DNA of 32,292 bases from Candidatus Thorarchaeota archaeon (GTDB taxonomy: Archaea > Asgardarchaeota > Thorarchaeia > Thorarchaeales > Thorarchaeaceae): the NCBI GenBank assembly GCA_011364905.1, contig RDNZ01000030.1, positions 1 through 32,292 of the forward strand. The letters are read 5' to 3'. The position numbers and the translations under genes are program-made. How positions within the stretch are numbered: the first letter of the stretch is position 1; each line of letters starts with the position of its first letter. Positions 8,943 to 17,070 of this stretch are shown here, one piece after another. The notes under the pieces were generated by a model that worked only from the letters and a program-made list of their open reading frames with translations, did not search any database and was not told the DNA's origin.

Positions 8943-9986
8943 TCACTCGAAGTTAGTGAAGAGAACTTTGATTGCCTTTTGGTTTTCCATTAGATCAAAG
9001 CCCTTTTCCCACTCTGATAGCTTGATTCGATGAGTGACAAGTGGGGAAACATTCACTTTCCGAGAGGACATTAATCTGAGTGTAGTGACCCAAGTAGCAG
9101 GAAGTGTACCCCAAGTCCCAGACATTGTAAGCTCTTTTAATACGATAGGATCAAGGTCTAAATCCGCAGGCCGTCCACGCACTCCGAGTAGTGTTACATG
9201 GCCAGCAACCTTCACAAAATCAAAGGCCTGGGTACAGGCTACGCAGGCGCCTGATGCTTCAATAACAGCATCAGCACCACGACCATCAGTTTCGGCATGA
9301 ATGGTCTGAATGGGATTGCTGTCTGCTTGCACATCAATGGTCAAATCAGCTCCCACTTTCTTTGCGATATCAAAACGCCACTGGTCTGATGTAACACCTG
9401 TCACAATCACCTTTCCAGCACCCATGGCTTTCGCTACTTGAGTGGCCATCAAACCCATTGTTCCAGGACCTTGGACTACCACGACATCCCCCGGGTAAAT
9501 TGGTGTCTTGTCGATTACTGAATGAACGACACAAGCCATTGGCTCAGCAAGTGCCGCTTCTTCCAGAGTAACTCCCTTTGGGACTTGATGAACAATGTAT
9601 TCGGGTACAACAACATATTTCGCAAAGGCACCATTTGCTCTTGAGGTTCCAAGGATTCTCCTGTCATCAGCAGTGCATCTATTCATATGGCCGGTCTTAC
9701 ATTGATAGCACTTGCCGCAATACGCAGTGGCTGGAGACACCACAGAATCACCTATCTGAACAGACGAAACGTCAGATCCTACCTCCACAACAGTACCAGA
9801 GTATTCATGCCCAAGAATGACAGGGGGTGTATAGAAGGTCTGATCGTGTTTGATATGAATGTCTGTTCCGCAGAGACCAGCTGCAGCGACTTCAACGAGC
9901 ACCTCATCGCGTTTGGGTTTTGGATCCTTGACCTGTCTAAGCTCCAAATTACCAACGCCACGGGCTGTCTTCATCAATCCTCTCAA
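8943..9986 (-). CDS. Zn-dependent medium-chain dehydrogenase (threonine/sorbitol/butanediol DH-like)
   Basis: GLCGTD, GHE, CGKCYQC...C structural Zn site, GPGTMG nucleotide-binding motif. Confidence 0.92.
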   Translation of the reverse strand: MRGLMKTARGVGNLELRQVKDPKPKRDEVLVEVAAAGLCGTDIHIKHDQTFYTPPVILGHEYSGTVVEVGSDVSSVQIGDSVVSPATAYCGKCYQCKTGHMNRCTADDRRILGTSRANGAFAKYVVVPEYIVHQVPKGVTLEEAALAEPMACVVHSVIDKTPIYPGDVVVVQGPGTMGLMATQVAKAMGAGKVIVTGVTSDQWRFDIAKKVGADLTIDVQADSNPIQTIHAETDGRGADAVIEASGACVACTQAFDFVKVAGHVTLLGVRGRPADLDLDPIVLKELTMSGTWGTLPATWVTTLRLMSSRKVNVSPLVTHRIKLSEWEKGFDLMENQKAIKVLFTNFE

Positions 9987-10060
9987 ATTAGTGACCTCTA
10001 AGAAGCGATACTAGATAGTCTATAGAAGTTTGTGGCAATGACACGAAACCCACTGACCAG

Positions 10061-10336
10061 TCACTCATGAGTCAATGAGTTGAAAAAATCCTGAGTTTCA
10101 TCTCCTTGGTCCAATGAACGGACTCTAAAACCAGTACTCAGCTCTCCTCGAATCTTGCCAGCGACTGTTGCGCCGACAAATCGCTTACGAACATTCGCTT
10201 CCTTTCCCAACCAGATGTACACATTCTTGTTTGTGTCATCAACAATGCAAAACACTCGGTCTGGTAGCAGATTCTCCCTATTGATATCTACGGAGAGAGT
10301 TGTACCATCCTCCTGCATTTCGAGCGCATCGACCAT
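10061..10336 (-). CDS. Single-domain gelsolin-like protein (Asgard ProGel-type)
   Basis: LLPDRVFCIVDD...VYIWLGKEAN...RSLDQGDETQDFF matches the gelsolin repeat pattern. Start chosen at ATG 10336; 10354 and 10366 are possible. Confidence 0.82.
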   Translation of the reverse strand: MVDALEMQEDGTTLSVDINRENLLPDRVFCIVDDTNKNVYIWLGKEANVRKRFVGATVAGKIRGELSTGFRVRSLDQGDETQDFFNSLTHE

Positions 10337-10500
10337 TGGGTTTTCCTCGTGCATTGTGCAGCGCAAGTCTTAGCAATATGCAGAAAATGCTAGTGAAAAA
10401 GCTTCCTCATATTTAGATATATATTCCACTAGGATGTCCTCAACTGTTCTTGTTGGCTAGAATGAGCCCAACTCCACGATAACAAGGCTACAATTGGTCT

Positions 10501-10896
10501 TTAAACACGCTCAAAGGTCGCCCTCAAGGTTCCGCCACAATAATTGCATCTTGCCTCAAGAGGACCAGTCCAATCAATATCTTCTTGGCTGATCGCTGCT
10601 CCACATGAGGGACATTTGTCAGGGAGTCTCACGGTCCGAACTTCAGATCCATCTGAACGCACATGACCTCGATGACGTTCAGGAATTACAAATGATGGTG
10701 CCTCAACTGTGAAGCCACGAGCAACATTCGAAGCAACTGATGCGCCGGCTCTGCACACTGTAACTATCACGATTATTATAATGATAAAAGCAAAGATCGG
10801 GATGATGATGAATAATGCTCCGAATGCTCCAAAGAAATTATTGAACATATTCCAAGGATCGAACAATGATCTTACTCCTATTCTTGGTTCTTGCAA
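10501..10896 (-). CDS. Membrane-anchored protein with C-terminal zinc ribbon
   Basis: Long hydrophobic segment (FGALFIIIPIFAFIIIIIVIVTV), then CPSC...CNYC. Confidence 0.75.
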   Translation of the reverse strand: MQEPRIGVRSLFDPWNMFNNFFGAFGALFIIIPIFAFIIIIIVIVTVCRAGASVASNVARGFTVEAPSFVIPERHRGHVRSDGSEVRTVRLPDKCPSCGAAISQEDIDWTGPLEARCNYCGGTLRATFERV

Positions 10897-11052
10897 CTCA
10901 ACAGCTGAAATGAATACTTATTACTTTTTGTGGAAGAGCGGGATTATTCTGGGAATATAAACTCAGAGTGGACCTCGGGGGCTTCTTCGGAACTTATAAA
11001 AGAATGACTCCATAGCTGGCGAAACCAGAATTAGTTGGAGGCCAAATGACAA

Positions 11053-11412
11053 ATGCAAATTCCATCTTTCCTTCTTAGGAAACTCTACATTAAAGGAAGC
11101 CTTGAAAACGTCGAGGACGGCTTTTCGTTCAAACTGAAGAACTCATTGTCACCTGGGACTACAACCTATGTAGCGCCGATCAAGGTGGATGGCAACGAGT
11201 ATCCACTGGACTCCACCACCATCAAGTCAGTAGATGGGGAGGTTCTTGGCTCGGAAATCAATGAAAACAATTCATTCCCAATCAAAGTGGGCGTCGAGAT
11301 AGAAATCCATGTCAAAGGAGAAGCCCTTCCTGAAGGGGAGCATACTATAGATATTTCACTCAAGACAAAGGAAGCAGGTACCTTAGCTTTTGATGTAAAG
11401 GACGCTGTTTAG
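11053..11412 (+). CDS. Conserved beta-rich hypothetical protein, resembling the accessory domain seen with some HMG-CoA reductases
   Basis: IPSFLLRKLYIKGSLEN...GFSFKLKN signature recalled from that family; GGAGG upstream; TATA at 10993-11000. Confidence 0.65.
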   Translation: MQIPSFLLRKLYIKGSLENVEDGFSFKLKNSLSPGTTTYVAPIKVDGNEYPLDSTTIKSVDGEVLGSEINENNSFPIKVGVEIEIHVKGEALPEGEHTIDISLKTKEAGTLAFDVKDAV

Positions 11413-11423
11413 AATAGGGAACA

Positions 11424-11446
11424 GCAGAAGGTGAAACGCCTTCTGC
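11424..11446. terminator. Hairpin between convergent genes
   Basis: GCAGAAGGTG-AAA-CGCCTTCTGC, 10-bp stem with one G-U pair on the + strand. Confidence 0.55.
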
Positions 11447-11468
11447 GTTCAGCTAGTTTTGTCAATTA

Positions 11469-11645
11469 CTATGGATTAGACATGATAAGAGCGATTAGAA
11501 ATAGTACTGGAGTAATGAACAACATGATGAAGACAAGCGCATCTCCAGCTTTTTTCCAGCTCCCGTGACTAAATGGACAGGTTATTTGCTCATACGACCA
11601 TCCAGACACAACAAGTGACTGTTCTTGCGAATCTCTGTCTTGCAT
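11469..11645 (-). CDS. 58-aa small protein with C-terminal transmembrane helix
   Basis: Below the ORF-track cutoff: MQDRDSQEQSLVVSGWSYEQITCPFSHGSWKKAGDALVFIMLFITPVLFLIALIMSNP*. AGGAGGAG lies 5 nt before the ATG. Confidence 0.7.
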   Translation of the reverse strand: MQDRDSQEQSLVVSGWSYEQITCPFSHGSWKKAGDALVFIMLFITPVLFLIALIMSNP

Positions 11646-11753
11646 TGTTGCTCCTCCTACCTATTTTCAAACATCTTATGGCCATTCTCTTGTGGTCTGA
11701 TATCCCCACAATAGTTTTCAGTAAAAGATTCCAGTTTCGGTTGGTGACAGTTT

Positions 11754-12665
11754 GTGTTTGTGAAGATCAGAACTGATGGATCGCTTGGAATTGGCCGCGG
11801 AACCGAGGGAACCGCAGAGATCACCATGGGATATGGGGAAGCCCACATGGTTGCGGCAGCTTTGGACAAACTAGCTCAAACAGCACGCAGCTACACGCAG
11901 GAATACCTAAAGACAACAAGTGTAGGTGGAGGTAACAAGATAGTATTCAACCGAACTGATGATGGAACTATCACAATCTCAGGTGATAAACAGACCTATG
12001 TATGTACGGAATCTGAGGTCCGTCAGCTTTCAGAACGCCTGAAGCATTTACCGCCCGTAGAGGTCGCACCTCCCTCTGACTATGTCAAGAAAATAACCCC
12101 CACGGATGGATTGTGCCTAGTGATAACAAACGGAGGAAACTCGCTGAAAGTACGTCTCCCGGAAGCAGCCATAATCAAGACTGCCATCAAGAGTAGTATC
12201 AACTCAAGGTTTTTTGATGAGGCCATTGCTATTGGTCAAAGAAAGATTACCGTAAGTAGAAGTAGCGATCTCAAGTGGCAGATTGCTGGTGACGAAACAA
12301 CTGTGAGGTTCACAGCCTACGAGATCGAGGCGCTCGTCGCAGGACTGCATAATGGTATCCTTGATGTGCTAATGGACGTCGTGAAAAGTTTTGGTGCTGA
12401 TGATGTATCAGACATCAGAGTCAAGAGCCAACTGAAACGTGTTGAACAGGACGCAATCGACATCTTTGGCGAGGACAAAAATGCCAAAGGACTTGTAAGA
12501 GACATCACAAAAAGTGCAAAGAAAATCATTGGGATAGAGGAGCATGCTGATGAGCGCGCAAACAAGTTCATTGAGATGTGCAACCACGTGTATGCGAACC
12601 TGAACACAGATTACGTCGAACCTCTGTTTGATCTTTTCTCGAAAGTCTATGTCGCGCAGAAATGA
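11754..12665 (+). CDS. Hypothetical protein with four beta-beta-beta-alpha repeats and a helical C-terminus
   Basis: 303-aa ORF with internal similarity (KIVFNRTDDGTITISGDKQTYVCTESEVRQL vs KITVSRSSDLKWQIAGDETTVRFTAYEIEAL). Confidence 0.8.
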   Translation: MFVKIRTDGSLGIGRGTEGTAEITMGYGEAHMVAAALDKLAQTARSYTQEYLKTTSVGGGNKIVFNRTDDGTITISGDKQTYVCTESEVRQLSERLKHLPPVEVAPPSDYVKKITPTDGLCLVITNGGNSLKVRLPEAAIIKTAIKSSINSRFFDEAIAIGQRKITVSRSSDLKWQIAGDETTVRFTAYEIEALVAGLHNGILDVLMDVVKSFGADDVSDIRVKSQLKRVEQDAIDIFGEDKNAKGLVRDITKSAKKIIGIEEHADERANKFIEMCNHVYANLNTDYVEPLFDLFSKVYVAQK

Positions 12666-12674
12666 ACTCTGAGT

Positions 12675-13079
12675 TCAATGCTCATCTTCGACAAGTTCAA
12701 TCACATAGTGGTCTTTCGTGAAGAGAAAACATATCTTCCGATTATCAAAGAGCGGAGCTTCCACAGGTTTTGAGATTACGATGGCACCGCTCCTACGAGC
12801 TTCAGTCTTAGCCTTCTCAATATCGGGAACGGTATAGCATAAGTGATAGAGTGCTTGGCGCTTCTTAAGCAGGTCTGTGATAGGAGAGTCTTCGGTGAGA
12901 GGTGATATCAACTCGATCTTTACTGGATCGTTCTCAGAAGTGCCTAAGAGAACCACTCGGACCTTCTGAGCGTGGTCATCCACAATTGGACCAAGCTGCT
13001 TGTACCCAAAGAGTTTCTTATGGTTCTTTATCCCCTCGCGGATATCTTCAACAAGGATACCAATATGACTGAGCTTCAT
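12675..13079 (-). CDS. VOC / methylmalonyl-CoA epimerase-like protein
   Basis: HIGILV, Q.VRV, IELISP, LYHLCY and IELVE metal-ligand pattern; AGGTGAGG precedes ATG 13079. Confidence 0.88.
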   Translation of the reverse strand: MKLSHIGILVEDIREGIKNHKKLFGYKQLGPIVDDHAQKVRVVLLGTSENDPVKIELISPLTEDSPITDLLKKRQALYHLCYTVPDIEKAKTEARRSGAIVISKPVEAPLFDNRKICFLFTKDHYVIELVEDEH

Positions 13080-13183
13080 TTCCTCACCTAAATCCACGAA
13101 GTACTGTGGTTCATCCATAAGTCTGTCGGAATCCTTTTGAAAGAGTGCTCTGAGGCAAATGTATCAAGAAACTGGTGTAGATT

Positions 13184-14053
13184 GTGTCACGGTCGAACTA
13201 TCCAGGACAACTGGTAAAGAGATGGGGTTTCAGAGCTCCAAGGCAGTTGGTCCGTATGATGAAACTCCACAGGACACCATTCCAGACAATTCTACATAAC
13301 ATGTTCACAGTTCTCGAGGAGGTTGATGGACGCTTCGCATTCCCAACAATCGCAGCGGTGGCGAAGATGAAACCAGATCTTGTGAAGATGATTGTTGATG
13401 AGGGACACGAGGTTGCGAGTCACGGGTATAATCATGTGAGATATCCAACACTGACAAGCCAAGAACGAGAGAGAGACCTCAGACTGAGTCTTCAGGTCTT
13501 CAAGAAACTTGGTATCGATGTCAATGGATTCAGAGCACCATATGATAACTACACCGATGATATGCCAGAACTGATAGAACAGACTGGGCTTATCTGGGAT
13601 GGAGGATTTGGGTATAGAGCTGAGCACAGAGAGAAGACTCACTTCTTCCACGCAGATATCAGTGAGCAGAAATCAAGGGTGACATACATTCCACTCAATA
13701 TACAGAGTGATGATCGCTTGATTGATACTATGGGTCTGAATCCGCAAGAAGTGACCAAGACATTGAATACGGAAGTGAGTAATGCGGCAAAGACAAACGG
13801 GGTAATCATGTTTGACCTTCATCCAATTAGGATGGGTCAACCAGAATATGTTGGATGTCTCAGAGATGTGACACAACATGCTTTAGGTCTAGGTGCATGG
13901 TGTACAACACCAACAGAGGCAGTGAAATACTGGGAAGCACATAGAAGATGGAAGGGAGATAGTAAATTCTGCCTTCTTCTCACCGGCGATATTGATAACT
14001 GGGTCTTTTCAGATTATTTGCGAAGAATCTTATGGCGAAGAAGAATTGGGTGA
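13184..14053 (+). CDS. Polysaccharide deacetylase (CE4/NodB-like), apparently circularly permuted
   Basis: HEVASHGYNH, GFRAPY and FDLHP motifs; motif-1-like LLLTGDID sits at the C-terminus. Confidence 0.85.
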   Translation: MSRSNYPGQLVKRWGFRAPRQLVRMMKLHRTPFQTILHNMFTVLEEVDGRFAFPTIAAVAKMKPDLVKMIVDEGHEVASHGYNHVRYPTLTSQERERDLRLSLQVFKKLGIDVNGFRAPYDNYTDDMPELIEQTGLIWDGGFGYRAEHREKTHFFHADISEQKSRVTYIPLNIQSDDRLIDTMGLNPQEVTKTLNTEVSNAAKTNGVIMFDLHPIRMGQPEYVGCLRDVTQHALGLGAWCTTPTEAVKYWEAHRRWKGDSKFCLLLTGDIDNWVFSDYLRRILWRRRIG

Positions 14054-14059
14054 ACAGAA

Positions 14060-14506
14060 ATGGGGAAACTACTCGGCAGGATCCTACGTATTCTGGCTTG
14101 GACCGCACCAGCATATCAGTTCCGCGCTAGTGTGTATAGAAGATGTGGAGTGAAGATTGGAAAAGGAGTCTATATGGGATTTCAAGTTTTGATTGATGGA
14201 GAGTATCCTGAGTATATTGAAATTCATGATTGGGCGAGCATTGGTCCTGGTGTGAAAATCATGGCCCACTCAGGAGCAAGTCCTTATCATCAGAGAAACC
14301 GCATCTTCCATGAGGGACCGAAGAAGGTGGTGATTGGCAAAGGAGCCTGGTTGGCAGCTGGTTCGATAATTCTTCCAGGTGTCAAGATAGGAGAGGGAGC
14401 GATTGTTGCCGCAGGAGCTGTTGTGAGTAAGGATGTTCCTCCACTCACTCTTGTTGCAGGCAATCCGGCAAGAATGGTTCAGAAGCTAGAGCCAAAAAAG
14501 GATTAG
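14060..14506 (+). CDS. Left-handed beta-helix acyltransferase (maltose/sugar O-acetyltransferase-like)
   Basis: Hexapeptide repeats; VVIGKGAWLAAGSIILPGVKIGEGAIVAAGAVV...AGNPAR. Confidence 0.9.
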   Translation: MGKLLGRILRILAWTAPAYQFRASVYRRCGVKIGKGVYMGFQVLIDGEYPEYIEIHDWASIGPGVKIMAHSGASPYHQRNRIFHEGPKKVVIGKGAWLAAGSIILPGVKIGEGAIVAAGAVVSKDVPPLTLVAGNPARMVQKLEPKKD

Positions 14507-14742
14507 GACGAGAGTTTGGAAGCTAAGACTCTCTTTATGTCGCCCACTGTCCAGAGCTCAACAACCTCTTCGTCTTCAAAGAACATATCAAACTCGCTTT
14601 CGATCTCGCTTACAAGAATCAGATGAGCCATCGAATCCCATGGTTCAAAGTCCTTTCGTCGAAGATCATCAGTGATTTCATCTTTGTCAAGTAACAGAAC
14701 TTTTGAGATGATATCAAGAAGCTTGTCTTCAAACTCAGTCAA
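14503..14742 (-). CDS. Acyl carrier protein (79 aa)
   Basis: Acidic; WDSMAH phosphopantetheine-attachment Ser; EIESEFD...TVGDI. TTG 14742 with GGAGGA upstream, directly after fkbH. Confidence 0.88.
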   Translation of the reverse strand: MTEFEDKLLDIISKVLLLDKDEITDDLRRKDFEPWDSMAHLILVSEIESEFDMFFEDEEVVELWTVGDIKRVLASKLSS

Positions 14743-14746
14743 TTCT

Positions 14747-16579
14747 TTATTCCTCCTGTAAATCAATCCAATCCGGGATTTCCACCGTATCGGTATCAAT
14801 ATTCAATTCCCAAATGGTCCCATTGTTCTCAGTTTCTGAAGACATAGTAAATCCATGTCGCTCATAGAGGTCTGCTGCAGGAGGGTTCTTCTTTGTGGGG
14901 ATATACTCGCCTATCAGTTTCTTGGCTTTTGCCGCTCGTGCATCGGAAGCGATCTTGGCTAGCAGTGCAGTTTCAACAGACCTCCCGATGACCCTGCAGC
15001 TCATCAGAAGTGAGTCAATCCACCAATCGGTCCCTTTCATCTTGATAATAGACACACCTACAACCCCCTCATCGCCAAACTTGTCTGTCACAGCCATGCT
15101 ATATACAATCGCAGACTTGTCCTCACGGAACTGGCGAACCTCAGCATCTGTATATCGTCGTGTCGTGAGGTTGAACTGGTTGGTCTTTCCAATCAATTGG
15201 ACTACGCGTGGAGTGTCAAAATCATTTACGGGCTGTATTTTCACCTTAAGGTCCAAGGTTCTGAGAAAGTCCTCTATTGACTCGGCACTCTTTTCCAACT
15301 CAGCTCTTTTTCGCTTACCTGCATACATCTCACCCCTGACCAGGTCCTCCTTCGTGAGAGAGAGAACATCAAAGACAGTCAAGTGCTCCAGAGTTTCACG
15401 GTAGAGCCGAGGATTTTTGGGTAGTTCTACGACCAAGACCTCTGGATGCGCCAGAGACACCTGTGCTCGCTCAACGGGATTGTCATCAAAGAAGACCATA
15501 CTATCAAGGCCAATATTGATTTCCTCAGCTAGCTCGGCAATACTAGCAGCCTTATTCTGCCAATTGATTCGCATAGCGGCAAAGTGCTTTTCCTTTAGCA
15601 CTTGGTAGGGATGTTCCTGAAACACTTTGATGGCATCATCATAATTGTTCTTGCTACAGACTGCGAGAATGACTCCACGATTGTACAGACTGAGAAGTCC
15701 TCTTTGAAAGTCAACATATTCTATGCCGGGGGATACATTGCTGAGTTTGATACCCTCAAGACCATCTTCTCCAATGATGCCACCCCAGAGTGTATTATCA
15801 AGGTCCAGGACAATACACTTCTTTGCCCTACCCTTCAATGCTCGGATGTAACGTAGGTATTCATCAGCCAAAATCAGTGTGAACTCCTCGCTGAATGGCA
15901 CTGAACCCCGGTACCAAGTATTCCAATTAATAGTGCGGGATTTTCCGAAGTCCCCAGAGATTGATTCAAGATCCACGATGAAGACCTGGCTACTCTCTCT
16001 GAACGTATCTACTAAGTTCTCATTCGCGCCTTCAAAGAAGAGCTTCAGACCAAGTTTCTGTTTGTTGTCCACAATGCCAAGAGGCGAAAAAACAGGAACG
16101 AGGAAATTGTTAACGAGAATGATTGCTGAGGTGTTGTTCTTCAGAGTTTGGATAACAGCCACAACACTAGAAACTAGATCGTCTTGCAGACTTTTGCGCT
16201 CGTCTTCCGTTTTCCTCACATAGTCGGAAATGAACATCTTGTCTAGCACAGATGCAGCATCCACTGACAAAACGATGACATCTGGATTTGATTTGTACAG
16301 AAGGGAGTTCTTGTCAAGCGCTTCTTGACGATAAGTATTGAACCCACCAACGAATGTTCGAGTTTGAAATCCCTCAAGTCGTATCTTAATTTCAAGGCAG
16401 GCAGCCAAGGGTTCGAGTGTAGAAGATCCAATAACAGCGATACTCAACGTGTCTTTGTTTTCGAGTAATGGGAGGTCAAGAGCTTGAATTTTCTTGTATG
16501 CACTCCACAGGTTGAGGTAATTGGGATTTTCTCGGACTGGTTGTAGGATTTTTTCAACTTCTTGCGCAGTGTCTGTCAT
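14747..16579 (-). CDS. fkbH: FkbH-family glyceryl-ACP forming enzyme (N-terminal domain + HAD-IIIC + GNAT-like)
   Basis: DLDNTLWGG, SKN, INWQNK, DDNPVE, KTNQFN, DKFGDEG and LMSCRV motifs. Confidence 0.93.
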   Translation of the reverse strand: MTDTAQEVEKILQPVRENPNYLNLWSAYKKIQALDLPLLENKDTLSIAVIGSSTLEPLAACLEIKIRLEGFQTRTFVGGFNTYRQEALDKNSLLYKSNPDVIVLSVDAASVLDKMFISDYVRKTEDERKSLQDDLVSSVVAVIQTLKNNTSAIILVNNFLVPVFSPLGIVDNKQKLGLKLFFEGANENLVDTFRESSQVFIVDLESISGDFGKSRTINWNTWYRGSVPFSEEFTLILADEYLRYIRALKGRAKKCIVLDLDNTLWGGIIGEDGLEGIKLSNVSPGIEYVDFQRGLLSLYNRGVILAVCSKNNYDDAIKVFQEHPYQVLKEKHFAAMRINWQNKAASIAELAEEINIGLDSMVFFDDNPVERAQVSLAHPEVLVVELPKNPRLYRETLEHLTVFDVLSLTKEDLVRGEMYAGKRKRAELEKSAESIEDFLRTLDLKVKIQPVNDFDTPRVVQLIGKTNQFNLTTRRYTDAEVRQFREDKSAIVYSMAVTDKFGDEGVVGVSIIKMKGTDWWIDSLLMSCRVIGRSVETALLAKIASDARAAKAKKLIGEYIPTKKNPPAADLYERHGFTMSSETENNGTIWELNIDTDTVEIPDWIDLQEE

Positions 16580-17019
16580 CGAATATCACCTCTGGGAAGT
16601 ATCTGTTCTACAGTGTCTTCGAGCAAGCTCTGAATCTCTTCCATACTTGAAACATATGTTCTGTGAGCTGCAAGTGCGACAGCCACTGCATGAGAGGATG
16701 AATGTGACAGGCTGATGTAGATGTCGTGATTACACTTCTGATGATGTGTGACATATGGGGCTCCATCGTCATCCCGCAGTATCTCGATATCGCTTATCGA
16801 GAGTCCACAGTTTGAATTGGTGGCCTTCAGGACTGCTTCCTTACCTGCAAATGTTACGGCGATATGAGGATAGGGATCTGAGAATCCAAAACAATATGCA
16901 AGCTCCTTAGCTGAAAAGGTCCGTTGGTAGAAAGAGGACCCAGTCTTAAGACTTCGAAATCTATCTATCTCTACTATGTCAGTACCAATTGCTAAATCCA
17001 GCTCATTTCCGTCAATCAA
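16576..17019 (-). CDS. acpS: Holo-ACP synthase (4'-phosphopantetheinyl transferase)
   Basis: IGTDIVEIDRF, FAGKEAVLKA, GAP and ISLSHS motifs; stop overlaps the fkbH start. Confidence 0.9.
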   Translation of the reverse strand: MIDGNELDLAIGTDIVEIDRFRSLKTGSSFYQRTFSAKELAYCFGFSDPYPHIAVTFAGKEAVLKATNSNCGLSISDIEILRDDDGAPYVTHHQKCNHDIYISLSHSSSHAVAVALAAHRTYVSSMEEIQSLLEDTVEQILPRGDIR

Positions 17020-17070
17020 CTTGCTTCTGTTTCGAAACAGTCCGTGGCTCTTATAATCGTAATGACATGG

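Noticed and set aside
11008-11040. Hairpin that could sequester the SD of the 11053 gene
   Set aside because: The stem is short, and the TATA at 10993-11000 would place the start site inside it.
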